DNA from: a virus
Strand: one strand, 5' to 3'
IMG/VR virus record: IMGVR_UViG_2889178456_000001
DNA: 29,834 bases
The notes under the pieces: generated by a model
What the model was told of the DNA's origin: nothing
The model's input: the letters and a program-made list of their open reading frames with translations, nothing else
The model's database searches: none
Part shown: positions 1 to 8,380 of the stretch, piece after piece
Layout of the letters: each line of letters opens with the position of its first letter
Position numbering within the stretch: position 1 is the first letter of the stretch
Translations under genes and position numbers: made by a program

Positions 1-433
1 TCAAGCGGAGTTCATCTGCGCTCCGGCTGACCTTGACCGACATATTCATGCCAGTCCAGATCATTCCCGAGCTAAGTGCAAAATAGCAGGCGGACATGAT
101 TGAATCTGTGATTGTGAAGTCGTCGAGCATGTACCTGGCAGGGGTGCTGATCAACAGGGTGGAACCTAAGAGAAGAGCCATTTTCGGGCTGAACTTGCAT
201 TCATGGTCGACGAAAAGTGTAACGATTGATGAAATGATCATCAGCGCGGCGTAGATCACGCCAACCAGTGAGAAGGAGTATTCCACAATAAACGCGGAAA
301 ATCCGTACTCTGGATGAGGAAAGAGGAGCTTTGTGATTGCGGCAAAATTGGTCATAATGCCTGCGAGCGAAGCAATAATGACCATCGCCTGCAAGCCAGA
401 AATCGGTTCAATAAATCGCTTCAGCATAATCAT
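1..433 (-). CDS. Multi-pass membrane protein (runs off the window edge), paralogue of 450..929
   Basis: Not in the ORF track. It is open from ATG at 433 to the window edge: MIMLKRFIEPISGLQAMVIIASLAGIMTN...LLGSTLLISTPARYMLDDFTITDSIMSACYFALSSGMIWTG. It has about 4 hydrophobic segments, an AGGA RBS upstream, and aligns by eye with 450..929. Confidence 0.8.
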   Translation of the reverse strand, partial: MIMLKRFIEPISGLQAMVIIASLAGIMTNFAAITKLLFPHPEYGFSAFIVEYSFSLVGVIYAALMIISSIVTLFVDHECKFSPKMALLLGSTLLISTPARYMLDDFTITDSIMSACYFALSSGMIWTGMNMSVKVSRSADELRL

Positions 434-449
434 ATTTCCTGCGTAAGGG

Positions 450-929
450 TTACTTGTCGACAATTGATGCGCGGATACCATCGCTGTCGTGCTTGATCGA
501 GAGCTTCTTTTTGACCCCCACTCCAAGCATGGCGACACTCAGCCATGTGTAACCGGCAGCCAAGATGAGCGACACGAATGTGATATCGTCTGCAAAAAAG
601 CAAATCCACGTGGTGATAAGGAGAGTGCCTCCAAGTACACGGAATAAGTTCGCGTTGACAGACCGCTCGTATCCGTATGCCGGAGTTAGAATAGCCGCAA
701 TAATAAGAACTGGGAAGCTCGCCATGCTGAGAGACTTGAAAGCAAACGCGAAATACACGATTGTCTTTTCATTTACCGAGCTAACCATATCGACAGCTTC
801 AGAAAAATCAGCCGTTCCCATCAAAAAGAATGTCGAAAGGCCGCTGAGCTGGGACATGATCGCACCAAATGCTGCGATACAAAACATCAACTGAACGCCT
901 GACATGAATTTTGCGATCCGCTTAAACAT
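450..929 (-). CDS. Hypothetical membrane protein with about 4 TM segments
   Basis: 159-aa ORF with four hydrophobic stretches and a basic C-terminus; a sigma70-like promoter lies upstream. Confidence 0.8.
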   Translation of the reverse strand: MFKRIAKFMSGVQLMFCIAAFGAIMSQLSGLSTFFLMGTADFSEAVDMVSSVNEKTIVYFAFAFKSLSMASFPVLIIAAILTPAYGYERSVNANLFRVLGGTLLITTWICFFADDITFVSLILAAGYTWLSVAMLGVGVKKKLSIKHDSDGIRASIVDK

Positions 930-959
930 AATAGCTATCCATCCAATTAAGTTACAGAT

Positions 960-988
960 ACCCTACGGAAGACACCAAGCATTGTCAA
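960..988 (-). promoter_or_regulatory. sigma70-like promoter for the 929 gene
   Basis: Minus strand reads TTGACA-N17-TAGGGT. Confidence 0.6.
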
Positions 989-1020
989 CATTAGGATCAA
1001 ACTATTCATAGATTGCTGAT

Positions 1021-1338
1021 CTATTTCTGCGATGTTTTCCCGACGCGCTTTTGGATTTCCTCTAGAGGCAGGATTTCTCTAGACTTCTCGATCTGCTTTT
1101 TCCTTTGATGCCGCAGCCAGTTGGCAGGAAACAGAATTGCTTTCTCGGAGGCCTCCAATTTTGGCGCGATCCAAGCTGTCAAAAAGGCTAGCACGAAGAA
1201 CGGGAACGCCACGATGATCGAGGGGATCGCAAGAGCGATATAGGTGATGCGTAATGCAATAGCCCATCCGACGCTTTGACGGATCTCAGGGCATTTCCAC
1301 CAGACGCGAGCCTCTCTGTATAAGATAGGCGCCTTCAT
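1021..1338 (-). CDS. Hypothetical membrane protein
   Basis: 105 aa with a long hydrophobic segment (ITYIALAIPSIIVAFPFFVLAFLTAWIA); ATGA overlap with the upstream gene. Confidence 0.7.
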   Translation of the reverse strand: MKAPILYREARVWWKCPEIRQSVGWAIALRITYIALAIPSIIVAFPFFVLAFLTAWIAPKLEASEKAILFPANWLRHQRKKQIEKSREILPLEEIQKRVGKTSQK

Positions 1339-1517
1339 TGAGCACCCCTATCGGCGCGCAGTGAAACTAATGCGTCCGCATGGCTACGAGGAAGCTTTCC
1401 AGATGCATCATATTCCAGCAACGCCATGGCATAGCTGTCGGCATGCTGATCCGGACGCTCGTCTGCCATCTTTTTCAATCGATCAAGCCGTTCTCTAGCT
1501 GACTCAGACATGCTCAT
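1335..1517 (-). CDS. Small hypothetical protein
   Basis: 60 aa, AAGGAG RBS, overlapping both neighbours in a minus-strand run. Confidence 0.65.
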   Translation of the reverse strand: MSMSESARERLDRLKKMADERPDQHADSYAMALLEYDASGKLPRSHADALVSLRADRGAQ

Positions 1518-1674
1518 TCTCCTTTTTTTCGTGGTTCTCCACCGCTTCTAAAATCTCTTTGCCGGTATCGTCCAGTGCCCGGACAAAGCGGTCACGTGCG
1601 GCCCCTCTCGGTGCGATCAAAAAGGCCAGATGAACAAGACCGTCCGTAATGAACCAACGAAGGTTATGGATCAT
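1504..1674 (-). CDS. Small hypothetical protein (56 aa, below the ORF-track cutoff)
   Basis: MIHNLRWFITDGLVHLAFLIAPRGAARDRFVRALDDTGKEILEAVENHEKKENEHV*. It fills the operon gap exactly, starting 2 nt after the upstream stop. Confidence 0.65.
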   Translation of the reverse strand: MIHNLRWFITDGLVHLAFLIAPRGAARDRFVRALDDTGKEILEAVENHEKKENEHV

Positions 1675-1676
1675 GA

Positions 1677-1925
1677 TCAGGAACCCTTCTCGCTGTCGAC
1701 CTGCGCCAAGACAATCTTCTGCGCCTCCGTCTCGTTATGAGCGTTAGCAGACTCCAGCAGGTTCAGGGGTCCATCACACAGGGCTCTCTGGAGTACACAC
1801 TCGTTACCGCTCAGTAGCGCCCTCAAAGCAGGGGCGCACCCCATCAAAGCGCTGTCGCCGCGAATGAAAACTCCGGGCCAGTCATCACCGATCTGAAGCT
1901 TTCCGGTTTCAATGCGTGATGTCAT
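1677..1925 (-). CDS. Conserved phage/plasmid-type hypothetical protein
   Basis: RIETGxxQIGDDWPGVFIRGD motif, recalled from phage-type hypotheticals; ATGA coupling to the upstream gene. Confidence 0.7.
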   Translation of the reverse strand: MTSRIETGKLQIGDDWPGVFIRGDSALMGCAPALRALLSGNECVLQRALCDGPLNLLESANAHNETEAQKIVLAQVDSEKGS

Positions 1926-2350
1926 ACGTTTTCCCCGCGCGGCTGCATGCGTTCATATTTTCCGTGGCTACTCACATCATCCATATTTGCGGTACGCATG
2001 TCTTCAGTGAAGCTCTCGTTCGGCTTATTAATTTTGTAGGCGAAGCGGCCGCCGAAGTACACTAGGTACTCGCCTGTTTGATGGGAGCTCAAGATGACAG
2101 TATAGGCGGTTGTCATAGATGCCCCGCCGATACCTCCAAAACCTAAGGCAGTGGACCCCCAAGTTTGGGGAAACATAGCCACAACTTCAACTTCCCACTC
2201 TTCATGTCCGCGCGTCACGTCAGCAAATACGTCTTCACCCTGAGATTGCGAAGCGGCCCAGTCCTTCTGTTTATACTTAATTTCGGAAAAGCCGACATGG
2301 ATGGCATGTCCCATACAGCTAGACAAAATACTTACAGGGTTATCATTCAT
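1922..2350 (-). CDS. Conserved phage/plasmid-type hypothetical protein (FPQTWGSTALGFGG family)
   Basis: Motif MFPQTWGSTALGFGGIGGASMTTAYTV; the probable start is ATG at 2350 (MNDNPV), not 2389. Confidence 0.75.
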   Translation of the reverse strand: MNDNPVSILSSCMGHAIHVGFSEIKYKQKDWAASQSQGEDVFADVTRGHEEWEVEVVAMFPQTWGSTALGFGGIGGASMTTAYTVILSSHQTGEYLVYFGGRFAYKINKPNESFTEDMRTANMDDVSSHGKYERMQPRGENV

Positions 2351-2611
2351 GATATGACTCTCGATTAAGGCGACACCAAGGTAAACCATAAATACTTTTA
2401 AGTAAAGTCTACTTATACTTGATCGATATCGTTTTATTAAACTTGATTAAGCTTATACCAGTAGGTTTTAGCCACAAACTACATATGGCTGAATTTCCGA
2501 TCCGCTCCCGTATAAAGGCCCGTATCTTTAGTAACCACGCTTTAAAAGCATGGCTTTATTCTGGATTTGACGAGAAATCCAATGCAGAGATCCCGCAGTA
2601 ATCACCTAACG

Positions 2612-2818
2612 TTAAGATGGCTTGCCCGTCATGAGATTGCGGGTGGCCTTACGGAAGAAGACTGATCGCCACGGATACCGGGTGACGTGCATCCAAGCCC
2701 GAAGGTAGGCCACAAACTTGAACGGGTAGACGCCAAGCAGGAATGGCGCTGGGCTGGTGGATTTCCAACCGCGTTGCACCAAGAGTGCGTATCGTGGGAT
2801 AAATGGATTTCGTTTCAT
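2612..2818 (-). CDS. Small basic/aromatic protein immediately downstream of zorB-like
   Basis: 68 aa from ATG 2818 (MKRNPF), 4 nt after the zorB-like stop; rich in Arg, Lys, Trp and Phe. Confidence 0.5.
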   Translation of the reverse strand: MKRNPFIPRYALLVQRGWKSTSPAPFLLGVYPFKFVAYLRAWMHVTRYPWRSVFFRKATRNLMTGKPS

Positions 2819-2822
2819 ATTT

Positions 2823-3533
2823 TTAGCTCGCAAATGGTGTTTCTAGATGGAAGCGTATCTCGATCCTGCGGTTCTCGTTATCTGACACAGGCTCGTCATG
2901 CTCGTTTACCGGTCTGCTATCGCCAAACCCGGCGGCATAGACAGGCTGACGGCCTTCAGAGTTCTCCCAACTAGATATGACCGAGTTTTCCTTCAGAAGG
3001 CGGACAATGGTTGCCGCACGCAAGGACGAGAGCGCCAGGTTGTCTTTGACGCCACCACGACCCGAGGAAGGAACGTTGTCCGTGTGCCCTTCCACGCTGA
3101 CAGAGCGGATCTGGCCACTTTGGTCAGCAGAGCATCCAAGACTGCTATAGGAGCCCTCAGGAATGTTCGTATAACAGGTTGCAGTACCTGCCAGGACGCG
3201 CCCAAGCACCTTCAGGCGCTCTTCCTGGCGCGCTGAGAGATCATAGGCGCCTGGGGCGAAGGCTAGCTCATCAGAACTGATACGGATCACCCCAGCGCTC
3301 TTATTGGCCTCATGAGCGATACCGTAGCGGTTCAAGGCATAGCTGACATCACCCACTATCTGGCTTTGCTTAAGCACAATCTCGGAAAGGTGCTGGCCCA
3401 CACTACGATGCTCAATCTGGTTGCCCGAAAAATTGATTACATATGCCACCAAACCGATGATGAACACAAAGAGTGCGCCGCTCATCAGGTCCGTTTGCGA
3501 GGACATAATGGAGCTATCATCAATCTCACGCAT
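2823..3533 (-). CDS. zorB: ZorB/MotB-like protein: single TM with conserved Asp plus OmpA-like peptidoglycan-binding domain
   Basis: TM SQTDLMSGALFVFII; OmpA motifs VEGHTD, NLALSSLRA, GFGDSRP, NRRIEIRF. The true start is probably ATG 3533, which overlaps the zorA-like stop (ATGCGTGA). Confidence 0.75.
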   Translation of the reverse strand: MREIDDSSIMSSQTDLMSGALFVFIIGLVAYVINFSGNQIEHRSVGQHLSEIVLKQSQIVGDVSYALNRYGIAHEANKSAGVIRISSDELAFAPGAYDLSARQEERLKVLGRVLAGTATCYTNIPEGSYSSLGCSADQSGQIRSVSVEGHTDNVPSSGRGGVKDNLALSSLRAATIVRLLKENSVISSWENSEGRQPVYAAGFGDSRPVNEHDEPVSDNENRRIEIRFHLETPFAS

Positions 3534-4479
3534 CCTCGAACTCCCGATCTTTGGTGCGATCAGCGGCGGCAGGAATAGCCTTCTCAAGGTGATCGGACAT
3601 TCCACTGATCCCACGCCGGATGTTTTGTAGTTCAACTTCAAGCGGTGAAGTCATGCTAACCATTGTATGCCGGGTATGGCTGTCCTCTTTCGCAAGCTTA
3701 TTGCCAAGCTCTTCGAGGTGATCATTAAGGTCGCCAAATCGGGTGTTCACCGACGACACCACCATCATCGGGTCAGATACCACGTGAACCATCTCAGAAA
3801 TGGCGTCCTGAAAGACTGTGATTGTGTTCTTCAACCGCTGTTGCTGTCGCCCAAGGATCCAGTTCAGGATGGTCCCCATACCAAGACCGAAGAGAGAGGT
3901 CACAAAGGCGAGCCCTGCCCCATCCAGAAGATCAGTCAATGCAGCTCTAGCGATACGTACATTAGGGCTAGCCAATCCGCTTGCTGCTTCGTTCACGCCA
4001 ATAGCCAGACCCAAGAAGGTACCCAACACGCCGATAGAGATCAGGAAGGTAGAGCGGCGGCCGATACGGATAGGAATGCTGTCCCGCTCAATGTTCTCGG
4101 CACCAAAGAAATCAGCGAGGAAGGAACGCGGCATACTGAGAACGCCGGACCCGCGATAGGTAATGATGTTGGATCGGAAGGCGACCCAATGACGCTTCAT
4201 TTTATGTCGAGAGAAGGACTCCTCCCACGCATCTTTGATCTCGTCCGTCATTGCTACGCGCTCAAGCTCATCAGGCTTAAGGCCCGCACTCTCGATCATC
4301 TCTTTGGTCAGCTTTTTAAAGCGGCTAGTCACCGAACCGTAGGCATGAAAAATCTGAAAGATCGACAGGACGAACCACAAGGTCATGAATGACAGGAAGC
4401 CAACCAATACAGGGTCACCCATAAACATCTGCATTGTGCGCTCTGTCTCGCTGATAACGAGAACGTCCACATCTTCCAT
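3526..4479 (-). CDS. zorA: ZorA-like MotA/TolQ/ExbB ion-channel protein with a short cytoplasmic tail
   Basis: N-terminal TM, cytoplasmic domain, channel helices IGVLGTFLGLAIG and LLDGAGLAFVTSLFG, then a helical tail of about 110 aa; coupled to the MotB-like gene. Confidence 0.75.
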   Translation of the reverse strand: MEDVDVLVISETERTMQMFMGDPVLVGFLSFMTLWFVLSIFQIFHAYGSVTSRFKKLTKEMIESAGLKPDELERVAMTDEIKDAWEESFSRHKMKRHWVAFRSNIITYRGSGVLSMPRSFLADFFGAENIERDSIPIRIGRRSTFLISIGVLGTFLGLAIGVNEAASGLASPNVRIARAALTDLLDGAGLAFVTSLFGLGMGTILNWILGRQQQRLKNTITVFQDAISEMVHVVSDPMMVVSSVNTRFGDLNDHLEELGNKLAKEDSHTRHTMVSMTSPLEVELQNIRRGISGMSDHLEKAIPAAADRTKDREFEDA

Positions 4480-4545
4480 TCGAAATCGCCTTAATCAATT
4501 TATATACCAGACAACATTAGGCTTTAGTTTTACGGAGATCAAGGC

Positions 4546-4557
4546 GATTTATTCATG
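4546..4557. promoter_or_regulatory. Candidate operator GATTTATTCATG (copy 1)
   Basis: The exact 12-mer also occurs at 5078 and 24235; this copy lies in the divergent zorA/4612 intergenic region. Confidence 0.5.
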
Positions 4558-4611
4558 TACTACTCCAATATGTACATGTATGATGACTATCAAATAAAGA
4601 GAGAGATCGAT

Positions 4612-5061
4612 ATGAGCGCCCATCAGACCTGGTCCGTAAAAACGGTTGAAGGAAAACTTGAGATCCACATTGGCGATCATTGCGCCATTTCAGCCTTCCG
4701 AGATCGTAACGACGGCCTTCCCATGATCGCCGCTCGTGCCGACCTCCTCGAAGATGTTTGTAAGGTCGTAAATTCTCTGGGAAAGGATGACTGGTCTGAA
4801 GGTATGGACCCCGATACGGCAGGTGCCGTAAAAGAGGCGCGCAGCAAGCTCGCATCAGGGGAATGGGAGCTCTGGACCTCTTGCAGCTACCTGCGAATTG
4901 TCGCAACTGATGTACTTCAGACAACTGGAATGGGCCTCGAAGCCGTCGCCGATGGCAAGGGCGCCCGCCTCATGGCAGACAGAGACGAACTCGAAGCTCT
5001 GTGCACCATTATGAACAATGTGAAGCTAGAGCCCCAGCCTCACGTGGGATATGCTCCCTAA
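4612..5061 (+). CDS. Hypothetical protein with an internal duplication; tail EPQPHVGYAP
   Basis: Start ATG 4612 after GAGAGAG; two similar halves (ARADLLEDVCKVVN / ADRDELEALCTIMN). Confidence 0.75.
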   Translation: MSAHQTWSVKTVEGKLEIHIGDHCAISAFRDRNDGLPMIAARADLLEDVCKVVNSLGKDDWSEGMDPDTAGAVKEARSKLASGEWELWTSCSYLRIVATDVLQTTGMGLEAVADGKGARLMADRDELEALCTIMNNVKLEPQPHVGYAP

Positions 5062-5077
5062 CAAATATTCAATCTTT

Positions 5078-5095
5078 GATTTATTCATGTTGACT
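5078..5095 (+). promoter_or_regulatory. Candidate operator GATTTATTCATG (copy 2) abutting a TTGACT -35 box
   Basis: GATTTATTCATG at 5078-5089 is immediately followed by TTGACT at 5090-5095, upstream of the 5150 gene. Confidence 0.5.
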
Positions 5096-5149
5096 GTTGT
5101 TTTATCATGAGTATGTACACGCTTAGTGAATGACTAAGGCAAGCATACC

Positions 5150-5473
5150 ATGAGAAATCCTAGAAACTACCAGTGGGAAGAGCAGATCGCCCCTGCCCCG
5201 TCTAAAGATGCTGAGATCTTGCGCGAGTTGCGGCTTGCGCGACAAGCTGGACAGGTGAGCCTTGGCTATCAGGTTTCGAATAAAGGGGCGAGCAAGCCCA
5301 AAGGACTAGGACCGATGGCGCGTGTGCTCACTAAGCTTGCCGTAGCCGGTGTGGCAGTAGCGGCCGCCACTACCGCAGTGGCCATCACCACTGATGTGGA
5401 TACGGGTGCCTTTACATCCGAGGTCGTCGCTCAAGTAACAGAGTTCACAGAGAACGTTTTTGGCCCGAAGTAA
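5150..5473 (+). CDS. Hypothetical protein with one hydrophobic segment
   Basis: 107 aa; LAVAGVAVAAATTAVAI segment. Confidence 0.7.
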   Translation: MRNPRNYQWEEQIAPAPSKDAEILRELRLARQAGQVSLGYQVSNKGASKPKGLGPMARVLTKLAVAGVAVAAATTAVAITTDVDTGAFTSEVVAQVTEFTENVFGPK

Positions 5474-5592
5474 GATATTTCCTATCTATTTTCGAGATCG
5501 ACCTCACTTGAAGGAAACCTCTAACCCACCGGGTAAATTGGTGGATTTCATAGATCAGCGCAACATGATGTTTATAAGCCTTGGAGAATAAT

Positions 5593-6768
5593 ATGAAAAA
5601 GCCAACAATACTCGATTCATTGAAACGTATAGTCGGAATTAGTGATCCCTATCAGGACATGACAATTTCAGCCCCAGAGGGGAAGGCATCCGCTAGACTG
5701 AAAGAAAAAATAGATATCTCCGCTCCAGAGGGAAAAGTTGCTGCTAGACTGAAGGAAGAAACCGCTCAAAAATCAAATAAACAGCGGGTTAATGTAACTG
5801 GCGCCATGCAAAGCTTGGAAAGCAGAAATTACATGATTTCAAAGCTTGCTGAGCAGAAGAGCTTAGCCGCAGAGTTGGGTGTCGAAGGTAAACTGAAAGA
5901 ACCAGATGTTCTAGAAGGCACTAGCCTTAGTATTAACAAACCCCTCCGTGCCACTGAAGCGAAATTTAACAACAGAAGCTTCACTTTGGAGCTTAAAACG
6001 GGACAAGTTGATACTATAAAGGTCAAACATCAAGGAACCTTGATATTCAATGAAGATAGCTTCTTCGTCGATGACGAATATGACACTATCGAACCGTTCC
6101 ATGAAACCGACCATCTAAACCTCTCGAAAGATGATCGAGCGAACCTTCTTACTAAGGTTGTGACCCCACTTATCGAAGGCCTTAGCTGCGACAATAGAAA
6201 CTTGCTCGCGGCTGTAAGACACAACGACACAATAATCTCTGAGGTCAGAGCAAATATCGCTGAAGAAAATCTGGTTGAATTTGACCCCTCCTTCAATGAG
6301 GTCGCGAATGCGGAGGTATCGTTGGAAGAGTTTTGCCTGAAGGTTGATGCGCTAGTCGATAACATAGAAAAGCTCAAAACGATGACACCTGAGGGAACCG
6401 GACAAAGCTTCGTCTACGAAATGGAAGATGGAACCGTTGAGCATTCTGTCCCAGGTAAACCAATATCGGTAGAATCTCGCAATACTGAAGCTGGTCGCCA
6501 GACCGCCCTAATGCTAGGGAATATCGAAACCGTGGTATACGGACACCGCATGGTCACGGAAGCAGGTGTGGATGAGGATGACTATGTTATTCTCTCCAAG
6601 TACACCCATGAAAGTGGCAGTGAGGACTATGGAAAGATACTGGCCACCGTAGTGAAGAAGGCGGAAGTCGCTATAGAAGAGAAGCGCATAGAGCTGGAAG
6701 CTTACCTCTCTTCGGCAATCCGTGCAGCTACTGCTGAGCTATCAACACCCGCGCAGCCAACGCCTTGA
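5593..6768 (+). CDS. Acidic hypothetical protein with an N-terminal 17-aa tandem repeat; tail AELSTPAQPTP
   Basis: Long ORF; GGAG RBS before ATG 5593 (MKKPT). Confidence 0.85.
   Translation: MKKPTILDSLKRIVGISDPYQDMTISAPEGKASARLKEKIDISAPEGKVAARLKEETAQKSNKQRVNVTGAMQSLESRNYMISKLAEQKSLAAELGVEGKLKEPDVLEGTSLSINKPLRATEAKFNNRSFTLELKTGQVDTIKVKHQGTLIFNEDSFFVDDEYDTIEPFHETDHLNLSKDDRANLLTKVVTPLIEGLSCDNRNLLAAVRHNDTIISEVRANIAEENLVEFDPSFNEVANAEVSLEEFCLKVDALVDNIEKLKTMTPEGTGQSFVYEMEDGTVEHSVPGKPISVESRNTEAGRQTALMLGNIETVVYGHRMVTEAGVDEDDYVILSKYTHESGSEDYGKILATVVKKAEVAIEEKRIELEAYLSSAIRAATAELSTPAQPTP
5665..5760 (+). repeat. In-frame tandem duplication with a 51-nt period
   Basis: ISAPEGKASARLKEK-ID-ISAPEGKVAARLKEE, with synonymous differences between the copies. 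Confidence 0.85.
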
Positions 6769-6862
6769 TAGCACCTCAGACAGATAACAGAGGTCTTTAA
6801 CTCTCCTTTGGTTGTTTGAATTTCTGGTTCACGGTAAGTTCCTGTAATCTACAGAGGAATTT

Positions 6863-7447
6863 ATGATGAATTTTTTTAGAACTTTAGCGAAGATCACGGA
6901 TCTAGAAGGTGCGAAGTGGTCCTATCTCACCGGCGTGGAAAAAGCTGTCGTTGTACTTGCCGTTGGTGTGTTTGCCACGACAGTATCGGCTGCTACGATT
7001 GACACGGTTGAGAACACTAAGGGCGGCATGGAGCTGCGCGACAAATCATTGGTAGCTCTCTCCAGCAACTTGGAGACGGATCACTTTAGCGAGGCCCCGA
7101 TCAAGGATCTCAGATATCCCGCCTCCGAAAAAGTAATTAGCAATTCAGGTAGGTCCCTGTATTTGGCTCGGGTGTCTAAGCTGCCCTCACATGTTCTTAA
7201 GGACGGCTTTGGCCGAGATCTTCTGGATATCGATGGCATCGTACACTTTACTGAAAAGCGAACTCACGAACTGTTCGTGGCATGCATGTCTGATGGAGAT
7301 CGGGTGAAGCCATATTTTGCGAATATTCAGCTAGAGAAAGTCTTTGCAGGTGAAGTTATCTCGGATGAACTGATTGATATCGATATTGCCACGAAGGGCG
7401 GCCAATCCATGCAAGGCATGTGTGAGCGCGTTGTAAAGGCAGCCTGA
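6863..7447 (+). CDS. Membrane-anchored/exported hypothetical protein
   Basis: 194 aa; GAGGA RBS; hydrophobic AVVVLAVGVFATTVSAA; two Cys in the C-terminal domain. Confidence 0.8.
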   Translation: MMNFFRTLAKITDLEGAKWSYLTGVEKAVVVLAVGVFATTVSAATIDTVENTKGGMELRDKSLVALSSNLETDHFSEAPIKDLRYPASEKVISNSGRSLYLARVSKLPSHVLKDGFGRDLLDIDGIVHFTEKRTHELFVACMSDGDRVKPYFANIQLEKVFAGEVISDELIDIDIATKGGQSMQGMCERVVKAA

Positions 7448-7493
7448 GTGCCATCGTCACTGATCGGCCCGTGAACACGCCAAAATAGTTTGC

Positions 7494-7530
7494 AAAAGGC
7501 GCTCTGGAAAATAACCTAGGGCGCCTTTTT
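7494..7530. terminator. Bidirectional intrinsic terminator
   Basis: AAAAGGCGCTCTGG-loop-CCTAGGGCGCCTTTTT between convergent genes. Confidence 0.75.
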
Positions 7531-7538
7531 AGTTGGTC

Positions 7539-7763
7539 TTATTTTGCTGTCCGTACCTTCTTCTCGAGTTCGCGCAACTTTGCCACGGCATCCTGTGCAG
7601 ACTTCAATTCATCGAGCGCGGTTTGCAGCTGCTCAGCAATCTCATTGTACTCAACATGGTTCAGGCGCTCGAGTTGGGCAGCTACAGTCTCACTGCGAGC
7701 AATGGCGTCATCCACTCGGCTCGAAACGAACAGAAGTGGCCTGAAAAAGCTAGGTCGTGGCAT
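7539..7763 (-). CDS. Small coiled-coil protein
   Basis: 74 aa with a heptad pattern (IAEQLQTALDELKSAQDAVAKLRELEKK); ends at the terminator. Confidence 0.6.
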   Translation of the reverse strand: MPRPSFFRPLLFVSSRVDDAIARSETVAAQLERLNHVEYNEIAEQLQTALDELKSAQDAVAKLRELEKKVRTAK

Positions 7764-7822
7764 TCTAGGAACCTCAATGTTTGCCTAGACCTTATCGCAA
7801 ATAGACGGATAATTCCAAGTGC

Positions 7823-8371
7823 TTACATTCCTGGAACACGTCGCTGAGCACGACCGATGATCTCTGAGTGATCTAGACCAGCCTCTCTCTCGGCCGCCAA
7901 GATCATTTGGGCAGTTACCCTGACATCTACAGCCGGATCATGGTGACCAGTAAGGTCCAGATCAAGGAAATCTGCCATGCGCTTCAATCCGTACCCCGGT
8001 TGTCCGGGCCAGGCGTGCTTTGCCAAGGTCTGGCTGTTCTTCCAGCTCCACGGAGGCGACGTAACTTCATATTTTTCGCAAGCAGCCGACATAGCTTTGA
8101 AATCATCTGGACCATGACCGTAGACAGTGCAGCCGTAAAGACGCGGCCCAACAACTTCCAGAAATTGAGGAAACAGCGCCTGCCCTTTTAGGTCTTCATC
8201 TGTCAGGCCCAGCATCTTGGCGTTGAAGGCATCCAGGGGCTCCTCGGGATTAAGCAAAGACGACGAGGTTTGGATCTCGTCACCATTTACATAAGCGATG
8301 CCGACCCAGCAAATGCTTGCCGGGTTGCCGTTCGCTTTCTCAATGTCGATAACTGCAAATCTTGGGCTCAT
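7823..8371 (-). CDS. DEDDh (DnaQ-like) 3'-5' exonuclease; tail RRVPGM
   Basis: ExoI VIDIEKAN, ExoII GHGPDDF, ExoIII HHDPAVD; AAGGA RBS. Confidence 0.85.
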   Translation of the reverse strand: MSPRFAVIDIEKANGNPASICWVGIAYVNGDEIQTSSSLLNPEEPLDAFNAKMLGLTDEDLKGQALFPQFLEVVGPRLYGCTVYGHGPDDFKAMSAACEKYEVTSPPWSWKNSQTLAKHAWPGQPGYGLKRMADFLDLDLTGHHDPAVDVRVTAQMILAAEREAGLDHSEIIGRAQRRVPGM

Positions 8372-8380
8372 TGGATTTCC

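Noticed and set aside
2419-2601. Small plus-strand ORF and short hairpins between 2389 and 2612
   Set aside because: There is no convincing RBS and the stems are only 7-8 bp in AT-rich DNA, which is insufficient support.
3534-3641. N-terminal 36-aa extension of the zorB-like ORF in the track
   Set aside because: It overlaps zorA by more than 100 nt. ATG 3533, coupled to the zorA stop, gives a normal ZorB/MotB N-terminus.
3667-4392. 241-aa plus-strand ORF, and similar long antisense ORFs such as 22436..23083 and 25984..26463
   Set aside because: These are shadow ORFs antisense to well-supported genes, with no RBS or recognisable motifs.
2823-4479. Flagellar motAB or tolQR/exbBD call
   Set aside because: There are no flagellar or TonB/TolA genes nearby. 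The A-subunit layout (TM, cytoplasmic domain, two TMs, tail) and the DLMSG-type TM fit ZorAB better.
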